64,000 bases of DNA from contig CAYVYK010000001.1 of the NCBI GenBank assembly GCA_964455675.1, positions 1-64,000 of the forward strand, written 5' to 3'. Origin of the DNA: an uncultured Methanosarcinales archaeon (GTDB taxonomy: Archaea > Nanobdellota > Nanobdellia > Woesearchaeales > CAYVYK01). Of this stretch, positions 1 through 8,628 are shown piece after piece (positions within the stretch are counted from its first letter, which is position 1; the number at the start of each line of letters is the position of its first letter). The notes below the pieces were generated by a model. The model ran no database searches. It saw only the letters and a list, made by a program, of their open reading frames with translations, and was not told the DNA's origin. The position numbers and the translations under genes were made by a program.

Positions 1-207
1 CCGCGGCGTTCTTTTCTTTCAAACACACAAGGTGCACAAATACTCTAACAGCACCAACGCCGCGGGAGGCTTAGCGGCGAACAACGTGAGCCGCTATTGT
101 CGACCGCGGCGCTTTATTCTTTCAAACACACAATGTGCACAAATACTCTAACAGCACCAACGCCGCGGGAGACTTAACGATTGGCGAATCGTTATTGCTG
201 ACCGCGG
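1..207. repeat. Tandem ~100-bp structured repeat (two copies visible; may continue beyond the window edge)
   Basis: Units start at 1 and 104 and share ttctttcaaacacacaa.gtgcacaaatactctaacagcaccaacgccgcggga. ccgcggcgtt (1-10) is the reverse complement of aacgccgcgg (56-65). Confidence 0.9.
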
Positions 208-223
208 GCATTGTATAGAAGAA

Positions 224-1276
224 TTATTCCAGTTCCTCTTCACTCACATCTTCCTGGAATTCACGCCATGGCGCAGCTTTCAGATACCCCTTTGTCGTGC
301 ACTCTGATTCTTGTGTCGCAAGTGTAAAGAACTTCTCAAAATCAATCCATGTCTTCTTCTTGAGCGTTTTTTTTGCGAGCATAATGACCCGTGATGGAAC
401 GTGCTCGTGCACGTATTCATAGTCGGGAAGATAGGAGAGTAGGGAAAGCCCGAATTCTTTAACTTCATCATGCTCGGGCATGTTCTCCTGTTTGAGCCTC
501 TGCCGTGAATACCCAACAAACATGTATGCTTTTACCTCGATAAAGTCAGGATTCCCTCGCCTGATAAGAGCCGCATACTCGGAAGGATTGCACATATTTA
601 CTCCTTTCACTGCCGTGAGCCGCACCGCTGTCCGGTGTTTCTTTTTCGCGAGGGCATCAAGTGATGCATTCATCCGTTCCCAATAGTCAGGAAATGCCGG
701 TTTATCTACCTCTTTGAGCAAGTCTGGTGTTGGTGCGTCGATGGAGAGGTAGAGTTGTGTCACGGGCACAAGTGTTTCGATCGCTTCGGGGTACTGCGCG
801 TTTGTCACGAGGAACGTCGAGATCTTCTGCGTATGCATCAGCCGTATGAGTTCGTTGATGCGCGGATACGTGATGGGCTCTCCAGTGAGTGAAAGCGCCG
901 CATGCCGTACTGTTTTTGATTCTTCATACATCTTCTTGACCGCGGATTCGCTCCCTCCAAATCCAGTGAGGAGCTTGCGCTGTCCGAGAAGCAGTCCTTT
1001 GAGTACAAGACCCGGTTCATCAACATTCCATTTCCATTCCTTTTGTACTGGCGCCTTGTAACTTCTCCAGCAAAACGTGCAGCGGTTTGCACATGAGATG
1101 GACGTTGAGCATTGCAGGCATTGGTGGCTCATGATCCCGTAGAACTTGAGCTTATAGCATCCTCCTTTTCCGCGGATCATGTTTTTTGTCCATCCGCAGA
1201 TCTTCACGCAGCTGTGATCTCCAACGATGATGTACTGTTGACGTTGAAGTTCCTGCCTTGCTTCCTCTGTGAGCAT
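224..1276 (-). CDS. taw1: 4-demethylwyosine synthase TYW1/Taw1 (radical SAM)
   Basis: HSCVKICGW, CYKLKFYGI.SHQC, CxxxCxxC (CANRCTFC), ALSLTGEP and IEVKAY motifs. The start at ATG 1276 is inferred from a TATA-like element about 25 nt upstream. Confidence 0.93.
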   Translation of the reverse strand: MLTEEARQELQRQQYIIVGDHSCVKICGWTKNMIRGKGGCYKLKFYGIMSHQCLQCSTSISCANRCTFCWRSYKAPVQKEWKWNVDEPGLVLKGLLLGQRKLLTGFGGSESAVKKMYEESKTVRHAALSLTGEPITYPRINELIRLMHTQKISTFLVTNAQYPEAIETLVPVTQLYLSIDAPTPDLLKEVDKPAFPDYWERMNASLDALAKKKHRTAVRLTAVKGVNMCNPSEYAALIRRGNPDFIEVKAYMFVGYSRQRLKQENMPEHDEVKEFGLSLLSYLPDYEYVHEHVPSRVIMLAKKTLKKKTWIDFEKFFTLATQESECTTKGYLKAAPWREFQEDVSEEELE

Positions 1277-1387
1277 GGAGACGAGCAAACCATGGAGTCC
1301 TTAAAAAGCTTGTGCGGACAGAGCGATACAACCGACTCCGCTGTAAAGGACGCAGCAATGAGAGGATGATAAATCACGCTGCGCAAA

Positions 1388-1534
1388 GGCCTCATTAAAG
1401 CGAACGCTTTAAGAGGCCGTCCGAATCCGGCTGACCGGCGGGAGGCCGACCGTCCTACTAAATTGGTATAAGTATGATAATACAGAATAATACAGAACAA
1501 AGTGAATGAAGCAACGACCGGCGGGAGGCCGACC
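1388..1534. repeat. Intergenic hairpin plus two copies of a 19-bp direct repeat
   Basis: Hairpin ggcctc-a-ttaaagcg-aa-cgctttaa-gaggcc (~1388-1418); gaccggcgggaggccgacc at 1433-1451 and 1516-1534. Confidence 0.85.
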
Positions 1535-1641
1535 CTCCTCCTCTCCTGATAGAGTGAGTTATTTTATGCAGAGTGTAGCCATATGTATCCGCAGCTCCCG
1601 ACCTAATCCGGTGACAAGCGTGAGTGTTATTTATGAAATAC

Positions 1642-1652
1642 CTTTATATACC
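1642..1652 (+). promoter_or_regulatory. Archaeal TATA box for the pilus operon (probably leaderless mRNA)
   Basis: ctttatatacc lies about 25 nt before ATG 1673. The same spacing recurs before the starts at 7480, 49161, 50860 and 53246. Confidence 0.6.
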
Positions 1653-1672
1653 ATCTCTCCTGTAGTATTCGT

Positions 1673-2089
1673 ATGAGGAAGGGACAACATGCGCAGGTTA
1701 GTATGGAGTATACGATTATCATTGGTTTCGTCATGATCATTCTCATCCCACTCATGATCATTTACGCAGAATTCTCAGATCAAACGAGGGATCAGGTAGT
1801 CATGAACGAGCTCTATCAGGTCGCTCGATTGATTGGAAACGAAATTGAAACAGTCTACTTTATCGGTGATCCTGCAAGGACGGAGATAAAGGTGTACATG
1901 CCTTCCGATGTTGCAAATGCGTCCCTTGTGAACCAGGAGATTGTCTTCCAGACGACGGTATATGGAGGTCGTAATGACGTGGTCGTGCCAACGAAAGTAA
2001 GCATGAATGGTTCCCTTCCAACTACAAAGGGGATTCATTATCTTGTCCTTACGGCTAAGGGTAACTGGGTTGAAGTTAGGATGAAGTGA
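1673..2089 (+). CDS. Pilin-like protein with class III signal peptide
   Basis: N-terminal AQVSMEY followed by a hydrophobic helix; lies upstream of pilus ATPase and TadC genes. Confidence 0.75.
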   Translation: MRKGQHAQVSMEYTIIIGFVMIILIPLMIIYAEFSDQTRDQVVMNELYQVARLIGNEIETVYFIGDPARTEIKVYMPSDVANASLVNQEIVFQTTVYGGRNDVVVPTKVSMNGSLPTTKGIHYLVLTAKGNWVEVRMK

Positions 2090-2090
2090 T

Positions 2091-2483
2091 ATGCTAAGGT
2101 CTCAGATCTCGCTGGAGTTTGTTATGTTTGTAGGTATTGGATTCATGGTTGCAATCATCCTCATGCTGGTTATTTCGCAGCAGCAGGCTGACCGCGAGAG
2201 CGAGCGGGATGATCTTGAGCTGCGGGACCTTGCGTACATGATAGAAGAAGAGGTTCTTCTCGCTAGTTCCGTCGAGCCGGGTTACTGGAGGAATTTTTCG
2301 GTGGAGCTTCCAAATGATGGGGAATTTGATGTAAGCGTGAACGGATCATATGTGAAATTGACTGCCGAATCAACATTATTTGAGTTTAGCGTTCCTCCGT
2401 TTCAGGGTCAGATTGTGAGGGGAGCAAACGTCATCTGTAACAAGAACGGAGAGGTGTTCATAGGGGATGCGCTCTGTAGGTAA
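2091..2483 (+). CDS. Pilin-like protein with class III signal peptide
   Basis: RSQISLEF followed by a hydrophobic helix; same operon. Confidence 0.75.
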   Translation: MLRSQISLEFVMFVGIGFMVAIILMLVISQQQADRESERDDLELRDLAYMIEEEVLLASSVEPGYWRNFSVELPNDGEFDVSVNGSYVKLTAESTLFEFSVPPFQGQIVRGANVICNKNGEVFIGDALCR

Positions 2484-2988
2484 GTCGGATAGCTGGGCAG
2501 GATTTTTTCCCCATAGAAAATCCCAGGTGTGGTATGGTGATTTTATTATTGCGCTCACTATTTTTGTCGCTGCCGTCATGATTTATTGGAGTTACCAGAA
2601 TAATTATGTTCCAGAAACAAAAAGCATCCAGTCTCTTTCGCTCGAAGCTGTCAATTTTGGCATGATGCTGAATAGTGAGGGAATTCCAGTGCACTGGACC
2701 TCGGTTAATGTCACAAGGGTTGGTATATCAAATGCTAACAACCGCATCAATGAGTCAAAGCTTCGCGAGTTTGCGATGATGAATCCTGAGACAGTGAGGA
2801 GGATTTCCAATCTTGAGTACAAGTACTTTGTGTACTTCCATCACACGAATGGATCATTCCTGCCAATAAACGCAACTCTCGACGCCGTTGGAGTCAATCC
2901 ACAGAATGCGACAAGGCTTGTCGAGACAAAGAGGCTCATGATCCGGGATAACGAGTTTGTGAATATGATAATCCAGGTGTGGGAATGA
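2467..2988 (+). CDS. Pilin-like/minor pilin protein
   Basis: RKSQVWYGDF followed by a hydrophobic helix; N-glycosylation sequons. The exact start is uncertain. Confidence 0.65.
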   Translation: MRSVGKSDSWAGFFPHRKSQVWYGDFIIALTIFVAAVMIYWSYQNNYVPETKSIQSLSLEAVNFGMMLNSEGIPVHWTSVNVTRVGISNANNRINESKLREFAMMNPETVRRISNLEYKYFVYFHHTNGSFLPINATLDAVGVNPQNATRLVETKRLMIRDNEFVNMIIQVWE

Positions 2989-5900
2989 GACTGAAGAAAA
3001 AGGCTGTATTTTTCACGATTGATGCAGTCATGGCGATCTCCCTTATTCTTGTGACAGTCATGATGGTTAGTTCCTTCTATGTATTTCGGCCGACGACAGA
3101 ACGCATTGACTATACAAGTTATGATATCCTTCAAGTTCTTGGCGAGATGAAAGTTTCACAGTCGAATAATCCGTACGTGCAGACTCTGTTTGCCAACGGA
3201 ACAATCACGCGAGGGAATAATACCCTTCTTGAGCAGATCGGCGAGTTCTGGGCTGATGGCGATGAGGATCATGCCCGCGAGTTGACATATGAGATCATGA
3301 GGGATGTGTTTGGTAACGACACGAATTGGGCGCTGAGCATTGCAGGTGACCTGGTTTACGAGACCTCATCTTCGGTCGGTACAAATGTCCGTACAGCAAA
3401 GCGCATGATTAGTGGCCTAGAGAAGATGAAGCCAACGTATGGATACACTGCAAGGGCGCTTATGACGCGGATGCGCGCGCGTGTTACGAATGGTATTGCG
3501 ACGCTTGGTGGTTTTGTTGGGCAGGGTAATATCACGATTCCGCTCCATCTAACAGGAAACATTTCGCTCGTCAGCGAGATATATCTTGAATTGTCTGCCG
3601 CATCTAACTTCACGCTGTATATTAATGACAATGCAACGGGAACGTATATTGTGGGCTCCGGCGGAGGAAACCCGGGGATCCTGAAACCTGATATCTGGAT
3701 CCTGAACGGCTCGGAAAGGGCGTTCATCAAGAACTTCACGAATAACATCAAGATTGTGTTCGCGAATTCATCGTCTCCGCAAAGCTATGTGAGTGGTGGC
3801 TTCATTAAGGTGAAGTATACGACGAGTAACTATGAGGAAACACACACGGAGTTTGTTGATGGCCGTATTGCACGGCACGCATATGAATTCCCGGGGATTT
3901 ATGGCGCGATCAATCTATTTGACTCATTTTATGTTCCAGGACCAATTCGTAACATGAGTATTCGTCTGCATTATTTCACGAATCATTCCCGCCATAACAA
4001 CACGATCATTTTTGTGATCGGCGATCATCCCCTGCTCATGGATAATGAGAGTACCACGCCTCAGGATATCATGTTCAATCATACCTACTTAAGTTCCGTC
4101 TTTGGCGGTTACTCATCATTTAATGATACTTCCGTCCCGATCAGGTTCGGTTTTGCGAATATCTCTGGGTCCACGGGCCTTGTTGATGTTGCGCTTGTTA
4201 CGGATCGCTCGGGTAGCATGGCCTTTGCGGGATGGCAGCTGCAGAATGACACGAGTCCACAGATCGTGATGGATGATGTGTATGTTCCAAATGGTGGCTG
4301 GTCCGGAATCCAGACGTTCACGGTTCCCTCCGCAGGCAGTATCTCGAATGCCATCACGTTTGAGGCAGAGAATTATTCCATGCAGATTAACCGTTCAAGT
4401 CACTACTGGCAGCGCGCCACATCCTGGTCTGGATACTCGGGAACAGGTTACGTTCAGTCGCTGCCAAATAATGGCGCAAACATCAATTCAGGGTACCAGA
4501 CAACGAGTCCTGAGCTGAGGTATACCGTGAATATTCCTCAGGCTGGAACATATTATGTCTGGCTTCGAATGAGAGCTGCAAACGGTAATGACAACAGCGC
4601 TCATGTTGGTATTGATGGAACAGCGCCCTCAAGTGCCGACCGCATTGAAGTTACATCGTACGGTTCATGGGTGTGGACGCGCTCAACCATAGATGGGCCT
4701 TCTGCAACACTTACGGTGGGAACTCCTGGTGTTCATACGGTTCATCTCTGGATGCGCGAGGATGGATTGGCCGTCGATAAGTTCCTTCTGACTACTTCAT
4801 CTTCCTTCGTTCCTTCGGGCTCATCTGGTGGATCATCTTCCGTCCAGCGCAGGCTTGCAGTGTCTCATGAGTGGGCAAGGTTCTTTGGTTATAATGGATC
4901 AGAGGCTTCTGAGCTCCAGATTAATGTTCGAAGGCCTGATGGCACATGGATCATTGGTGGCGGATCGTCCCTTCCGGCGAATCCTTCTGTGAGTGGTGTT
5001 GATCCCCCGACGGCTAGTGTTGGGACGGCTAACGAATACATGAGCGGTCGTTCCACAAAGCCGCAGGTGATTCTTGTGGATAATCCAGAGGTTGGAAACT
5101 GGGCTGTTGCTGTTCATGGCTTGAACTTCAGGCCATACTCTGCTGAACCCCCATACCTGAACACCACGATTAGTATTTTTATCGACACGCATGCAAATAG
5201 TTCTGATAATGTCACGAGAGGCCCAACAACAATTTCGATGGACGCGGCAAAACAAGCCGCTCATCTGTTCACGAACCTTACATCAATAAGCGATCAGATT
5301 TCTGTTGTAAGTTTCAGTACCACTGCTTCCACAAATCAGGTCCTGACTACGAATAAGAACCTGGTTCACACGGCGATTAATGGCCTTAGTGCTAATGGTG
5401 GAACACGTATTGATTTGGGGATTGCGCAGGGCCATAGCGAGTTGATTAGCGTTCGTGCGCGATCGAATGCGACACAAGTAATGATTCTCATAACAGATGG
5501 TCAGAATGACGTTGCTCCGTCGTACATTTTGGATGCTGCCGATGCTGCAAAGGCTGATGGTATTAGGATTTTCACGATCGGCTTAAGTTCCTTTGCTGAT
5601 GTGGATATTCTCGAGAAGGTTGCTTCAAATCCAGGCGATGCGTTTTACGCTCCGACGGGTGCTGAGCTTGAGACGATATACGAGGAGATATCTAGGATCA
5701 TTGATGCACAGTATCATTCGCAGGTTCTTTTCCTACAGGGCGTGTTTGGGGAATCTGTATTGTATCCTGATTCCAGTATCGAGTTTTATTACAATACCTC
5801 GCTCTCTCCCTTGCAGTTTGGTGAGATACCTCTCACAGCGACAAGTCAGGAATTTGTCGCGGGTGGAAATAATCTATCGCTTGGTCCGGAGATTAAGCTA

Positions 5901-6488
5901 ACTGAGTGGAAATCAACATCATACTCTGCGAACAACTGGACGTCGAAGGTTTTTGTTGATAACCTGAACGGTACGCACGAGGCCTTTTCGATGGCGGATT
6001 ACTCTCAGAATTTCACGCTTCTTGGGGATCCCTTTCTCGTGCATATTCCTCTCGGTTTCTATCAGTATGATGATTCAAACCTTGTGAGTGTGTTCTTAAC
6101 GAGCGGCCCAAACGAGACGAATGGCTCAAGGTACAATCGCCTGATGTACTCCGTGCGGATCAATGGTATTCTTGACTTTGGGAGCGTTGTTGGGGAGAGT
6201 GAGGGCTGTAAGTGGACGATTACGTATGAGGATGAGACGACAGAAGACTTCTTCTTCCCCCTTCCATACTTTGGCAACAAGACGTGCTATTATGCAAACA
6301 GCACCTACGATCCTGACGACGCGCGCGACATTGCGGTATTCAGCTTGTTCAGCCGTCTTGACTTTAACAAGAACGGAAAACTCGAGGTAAAACCTGACGA
6401 GAACAATCTTCGGTTGGAAGTGCTTGAGATCTCGAACGTTCCAAGTCTTTGGGGGCCAAGCCTCTTTGAGGTGAAATCATGGATCTAA
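2979..6488 (+). CDS. Large pilus-associated vWA adhesin with an inserted carbohydrate-binding-like domain
   Basis: KKAVFFTIDA class III-like N-terminus; MIDAS DRSGS; downstream vWA core (NGGT...MILITDG...IFTIG); a beta-sandwich running EAENY...YYVWLR...MREDG..VDK; many NxS/T sites. Confidence 0.8.
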   Translation: MGMRLKKKAVFFTIDAVMAISLILVTVMMVSSFYVFRPTTERIDYTSYDILQVLGEMKVSQSNNPYVQTLFANGTITRGNNTLLEQIGEFWADGDEDHARELTYEIMRDVFGNDTNWALSIAGDLVYETSSSVGTNVRTAKRMISGLEKMKPTYGYTARALMTRMRARVTNGIATLGGFVGQGNITIPLHLTGNISLVSEIYLELSAASNFTLYINDNATGTYIVGSGGGNPGILKPDIWILNGSERAFIKNFTNNIKIVFANSSSPQSYVSGGFIKVKYTTSNYEETHTEFVDGRIARHAYEFPGIYGAINLFDSFYVPGPIRNMSIRLHYFTNHSRHNNTIIFVIGDHPLLMDNESTTPQDIMFNHTYLSSVFGGYSSFNDTSVPIRFGFANISGSTGLVDVALVTDRSGSMAFAGWQLQNDTSPQIVMDDVYVPNGGWSGIQTFTVPSAGSISNAITFEAENYSMQINRSSHYWQRATSWSGYSGTGYVQSLPNNGANINSGYQTTSPELRYTVNIPQAGTYYVWLRMRAANGNDNSAHVGIDGTAPSSADRIEVTSYGSWVWTRSTIDGPSATLTVGTPGVHTVHLWMREDGLAVDKFLLTTSSSFVPSGSSGGSSSVQRRLAVSHEWARFFGYNGSEASELQINVRRPDGTWIIGGGSSLPANPSVSGVDPPTASVGTANEYMSGRSTKPQVILVDNPEVGNWAVAVHGLNFRPYSAEPPYLNTTISIFIDTHANSSDNVTRGPTTISMDAAKQAAHLFTNLTSISDQISVVSFSTTASTNQVLTTNKNLVHTAINGLSANGGTRIDLGIAQGHSELISVRARSNATQVMILITDGQNDVAPSYILDAADAAKADGIRIFTIGLSSFADVDILEKVASNPGDAFYAPTGAELETIYEEISRIIDAQYHSQVLFLQGVFGESVLYPDSSIEFYYNTSLSPLQFGEIPLTATSQEFVAGGNNLSLGPEIKLTEWKSTSYSANNWTSKVFVDNLNGTHEAFSMADYSQNFTLLGDPFLVHIPLGFYQYDDSNLVSVFLTSGPNETNGSRYNRLMYSVRINGILDFGSVVGESEGCKWTITYEDETTEDFFFPLPYFGNKTCYYANSTYDPDDARDIAVFSLFSRLDFNKNGKLEVKPDENNLRLEVLEISNVPSLWGPSLFEVKSWI

Positions 6489-7405
6489 GGCTTGGACGGC
6501 GTGCTGTCGTATTCACAGTCGTGAGTATCATCTTGGTTGGCCTGTTGATCTTGACAGTCTCGGTGTATATGACTCAGGAAAGGAAGGAGGAGGCGATGCT
6601 CACGCGGACGCGTGTCCTCACGATGAACCATTTCATTAGGGACGTGGAGAGAGACTTGAATCGTGGATTGCAGATCACGGGCTTTCGCAGCTTGCTCGCG
6701 ATGCAGGAGTATGTGCACACGAATGGCTCATACATCGATGATGTTTCAGTCCGTTTTAGGGAAGGCGTGGTGAATGGCACGATGTACGGTTCCGTCTCGC
6801 ACTTCCTCGTGAACTCAACCCTTCCCTGGTGGCTGTACAAGATCCAGTTGCAGGGTCAGCTGATAGGTATTGATGTGAATATCTCGTTTGACAATCTCGT
6901 ACTGTATCACGCGGAGCCTTGGTATGTTTCTGCTCGAATGAACGTGACGATGAACCTCTCGGATATGAAGGGTACAGCGGATTGGAGGCAGCAGATACCG
7001 ATTACGGTGAAGATCCCAATTGTTGATATGGAGGATCCTGTTTATCTTATGGAGAGTAATGGTACGATCGCAAATCAGATCCGGATAACAAATTTCACGA
7101 CGTTTAATGTCTCAGTATTGAAGCAGCACATTTCGGCAAGGATGTATCGTGCGGACAGCCGTGCGCCGGACTACCTCATGCGCCTCGAAGGAAACCTCTC
7201 GAATTCTACGTATGGAATTGAGAGCATTGTGGATCTTGGAACCATGGTCTTCCCGATGACATCGCGGAGTAGTGTGGATTACCTGTTCTTTGGCAATATG
7301 TCAGGAGGTGGATGCCTGGTGAATGAGACACTCTCTGATCCGGATTTTTCCTGGCTCCGCATGGATAGCGGGCACCTTATCGCGTACAACGTATCCTGCT
7401 CTTAA
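6479..7405 (+). CDS. Pilus-associated protein with class III-like signal peptide
   Basis: RRAVVFT followed by a hydrophobic helix; overlaps the adhesin stop codon. Confidence 0.6.
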   Translation: MDLRLGRRAVVFTVVSIILVGLLILTVSVYMTQERKEEAMLTRTRVLTMNHFIRDVERDLNRGLQITGFRSLLAMQEYVHTNGSYIDDVSVRFREGVVNGTMYGSVSHFLVNSTLPWWLYKIQLQGQLIGIDVNISFDNLVLYHAEPWYVSARMNVTMNLSDMKGTADWRQQIPITVKIPIVDMEDPVYLMESNGTIANQIRITNFTTFNVSVLKQHISARMYRADSRAPDYLMRLEGNLSNSTYGIESIVDLGTMVFPMTSRSSVDYLFFGNMSGGGCLVNETLSDPDFSWLRMDSGHLIAYNVSCS

Positions 7406-7479
7406 GCGTTTTAAATAGCGATATCTGGGGTTTTAGCAGGATCGCAAAATATATAAAGCGCTAAGTCTGCCGCTCACGT

Positions 7480-8628
7480 ATGGGTGAACCGGGGATTATT
7501 GTCACAGGAGTTGATAAGCTAATTAAGATGCTCAAGGATCAGAGTATGGTCACTGTTAGTGCTGCGGCAAAAAGTCTTGGGGTAAGCACCCGCACGGTTG
7601 AGGATTGGGTGTCATTTCTTGAGGAAGAGGATGTTGTCAAGGTGACGTATAAGCTCGCCACCCCATATATTTCGCTCAAGAAGGTTACGGAGACACAGAT
7701 TAACAAGAAAGCTGGAAAGCTCGAGCAACACAAGGACATTTTCGTCCGGAAAGCTGAGAATATGCTTTCATTTCTTGATCGTGAGGGTGAAGAGCTGAAT
7801 CAGATCCGTGATGAGTTTATGTCCCTGAAGAAGTCCATCGGCGAGAACGCTGAGCATGTCCAGGCGGAGATTCTCGAGCTTGAGAAGTATGAGAAGGCAA
7901 AGCGTGACGTTGATGCGAAGATAGAGTCTCAGCGCAAAGAAGTTGTCCAGAAGATTAAGAATATGGATAATGATATTGATCGCCAGCAGAAGCGATACCT
8001 CTCGATAATTAAGGAAGTTGAGGATGAAGAGAAGAGGATTCAGAAGGAGGAGCGTAGTGCTTCTGAGATGCAGAAACTTGAGGGTAATTTAAGAAAGAAA
8101 ATATCAGAATTCAGGGAGATGATCGCAACCCTTGAGGGTAGGATTGATACAGAGAAGTCAGGAATCGCAGACTCGGAAAAGCACATTTCGCGTCTGAAAC
8201 AGACTGCAGCCGAAGTGCATAAGACTCTCGAACATGAAAAAGAGGAGCTCATGGTCCTCATTAAGGAGAGTAAGAAGATGGAGCAGCAGGTTCTTGATGC
8301 ACAGGACAGCGTCCTGAAGAATTTATCGAGGAGGATGAAAGACTCGAATGATCTTCGCAAAGTCACGAAGGATTTCCGCGCGCTGTTCGCAAAAAAGAAT
8401 CAGGTTGAGGAGCTGATCAAGAAGATCAATCTTGATCGGAACGATCTCGAGAACGACCTGCACGCGCTCATCAAGAGGATTAAGAGTGTTCAGATCATGA
8501 AGAATGCGGCTGAGAGCGATGCCGAAATCCGTAATTTGTTCAATTTATTTGGCTTAATTGATAAAAAGAAGAAGGTTTTTGAATCCGAGATACATCAGCT
8601 TGGCCAGGTTATGAAGAAAAAGAGGTGA
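7480..8628 (+). CDS. N-terminal HTH-like domain plus long coiled-coil protein
   Basis: AAAKSLGVSTRTVEDWVSFLEE helix-turn-helix pattern, then about 300 aa of E/K-rich heptads. Confidence 0.65.
   Translation: MGEPGIIVTGVDKLIKMLKDQSMVTVSAAAKSLGVSTRTVEDWVSFLEEEDVVKVTYKLATPYISLKKVTETQINKKAGKLEQHKDIFVRKAENMLSFLDREGEELNQIRDEFMSLKKSIGENAEHVQAEILELEKYEKAKRDVDAKIESQRKEVVQKIKNMDNDIDRQQKRYLSIIKEVEDEEKRIQKEERSASEMQKLEGNLRKKISEFREMIATLEGRIDTEKSGIADSEKHISRLKQTAAEVHKTLEHEKEELMVLIKESKKMEQQVLDAQDSVLKNLSRRMKDSNDLRKVTKDFRALFAKKNQVEELIKKINLDRNDLENDLHALIKRIKSVQIMKNAAESDAEIRNLFNLFGLIDKKKKVFESEIHQLGQVMKKKR

Noticed and set aside
1..207. CRISPR array
   Set aside because: Units are ~100 bp and mostly identical, with no short-repeat/unique-spacer alternation and no cas genes in the window.
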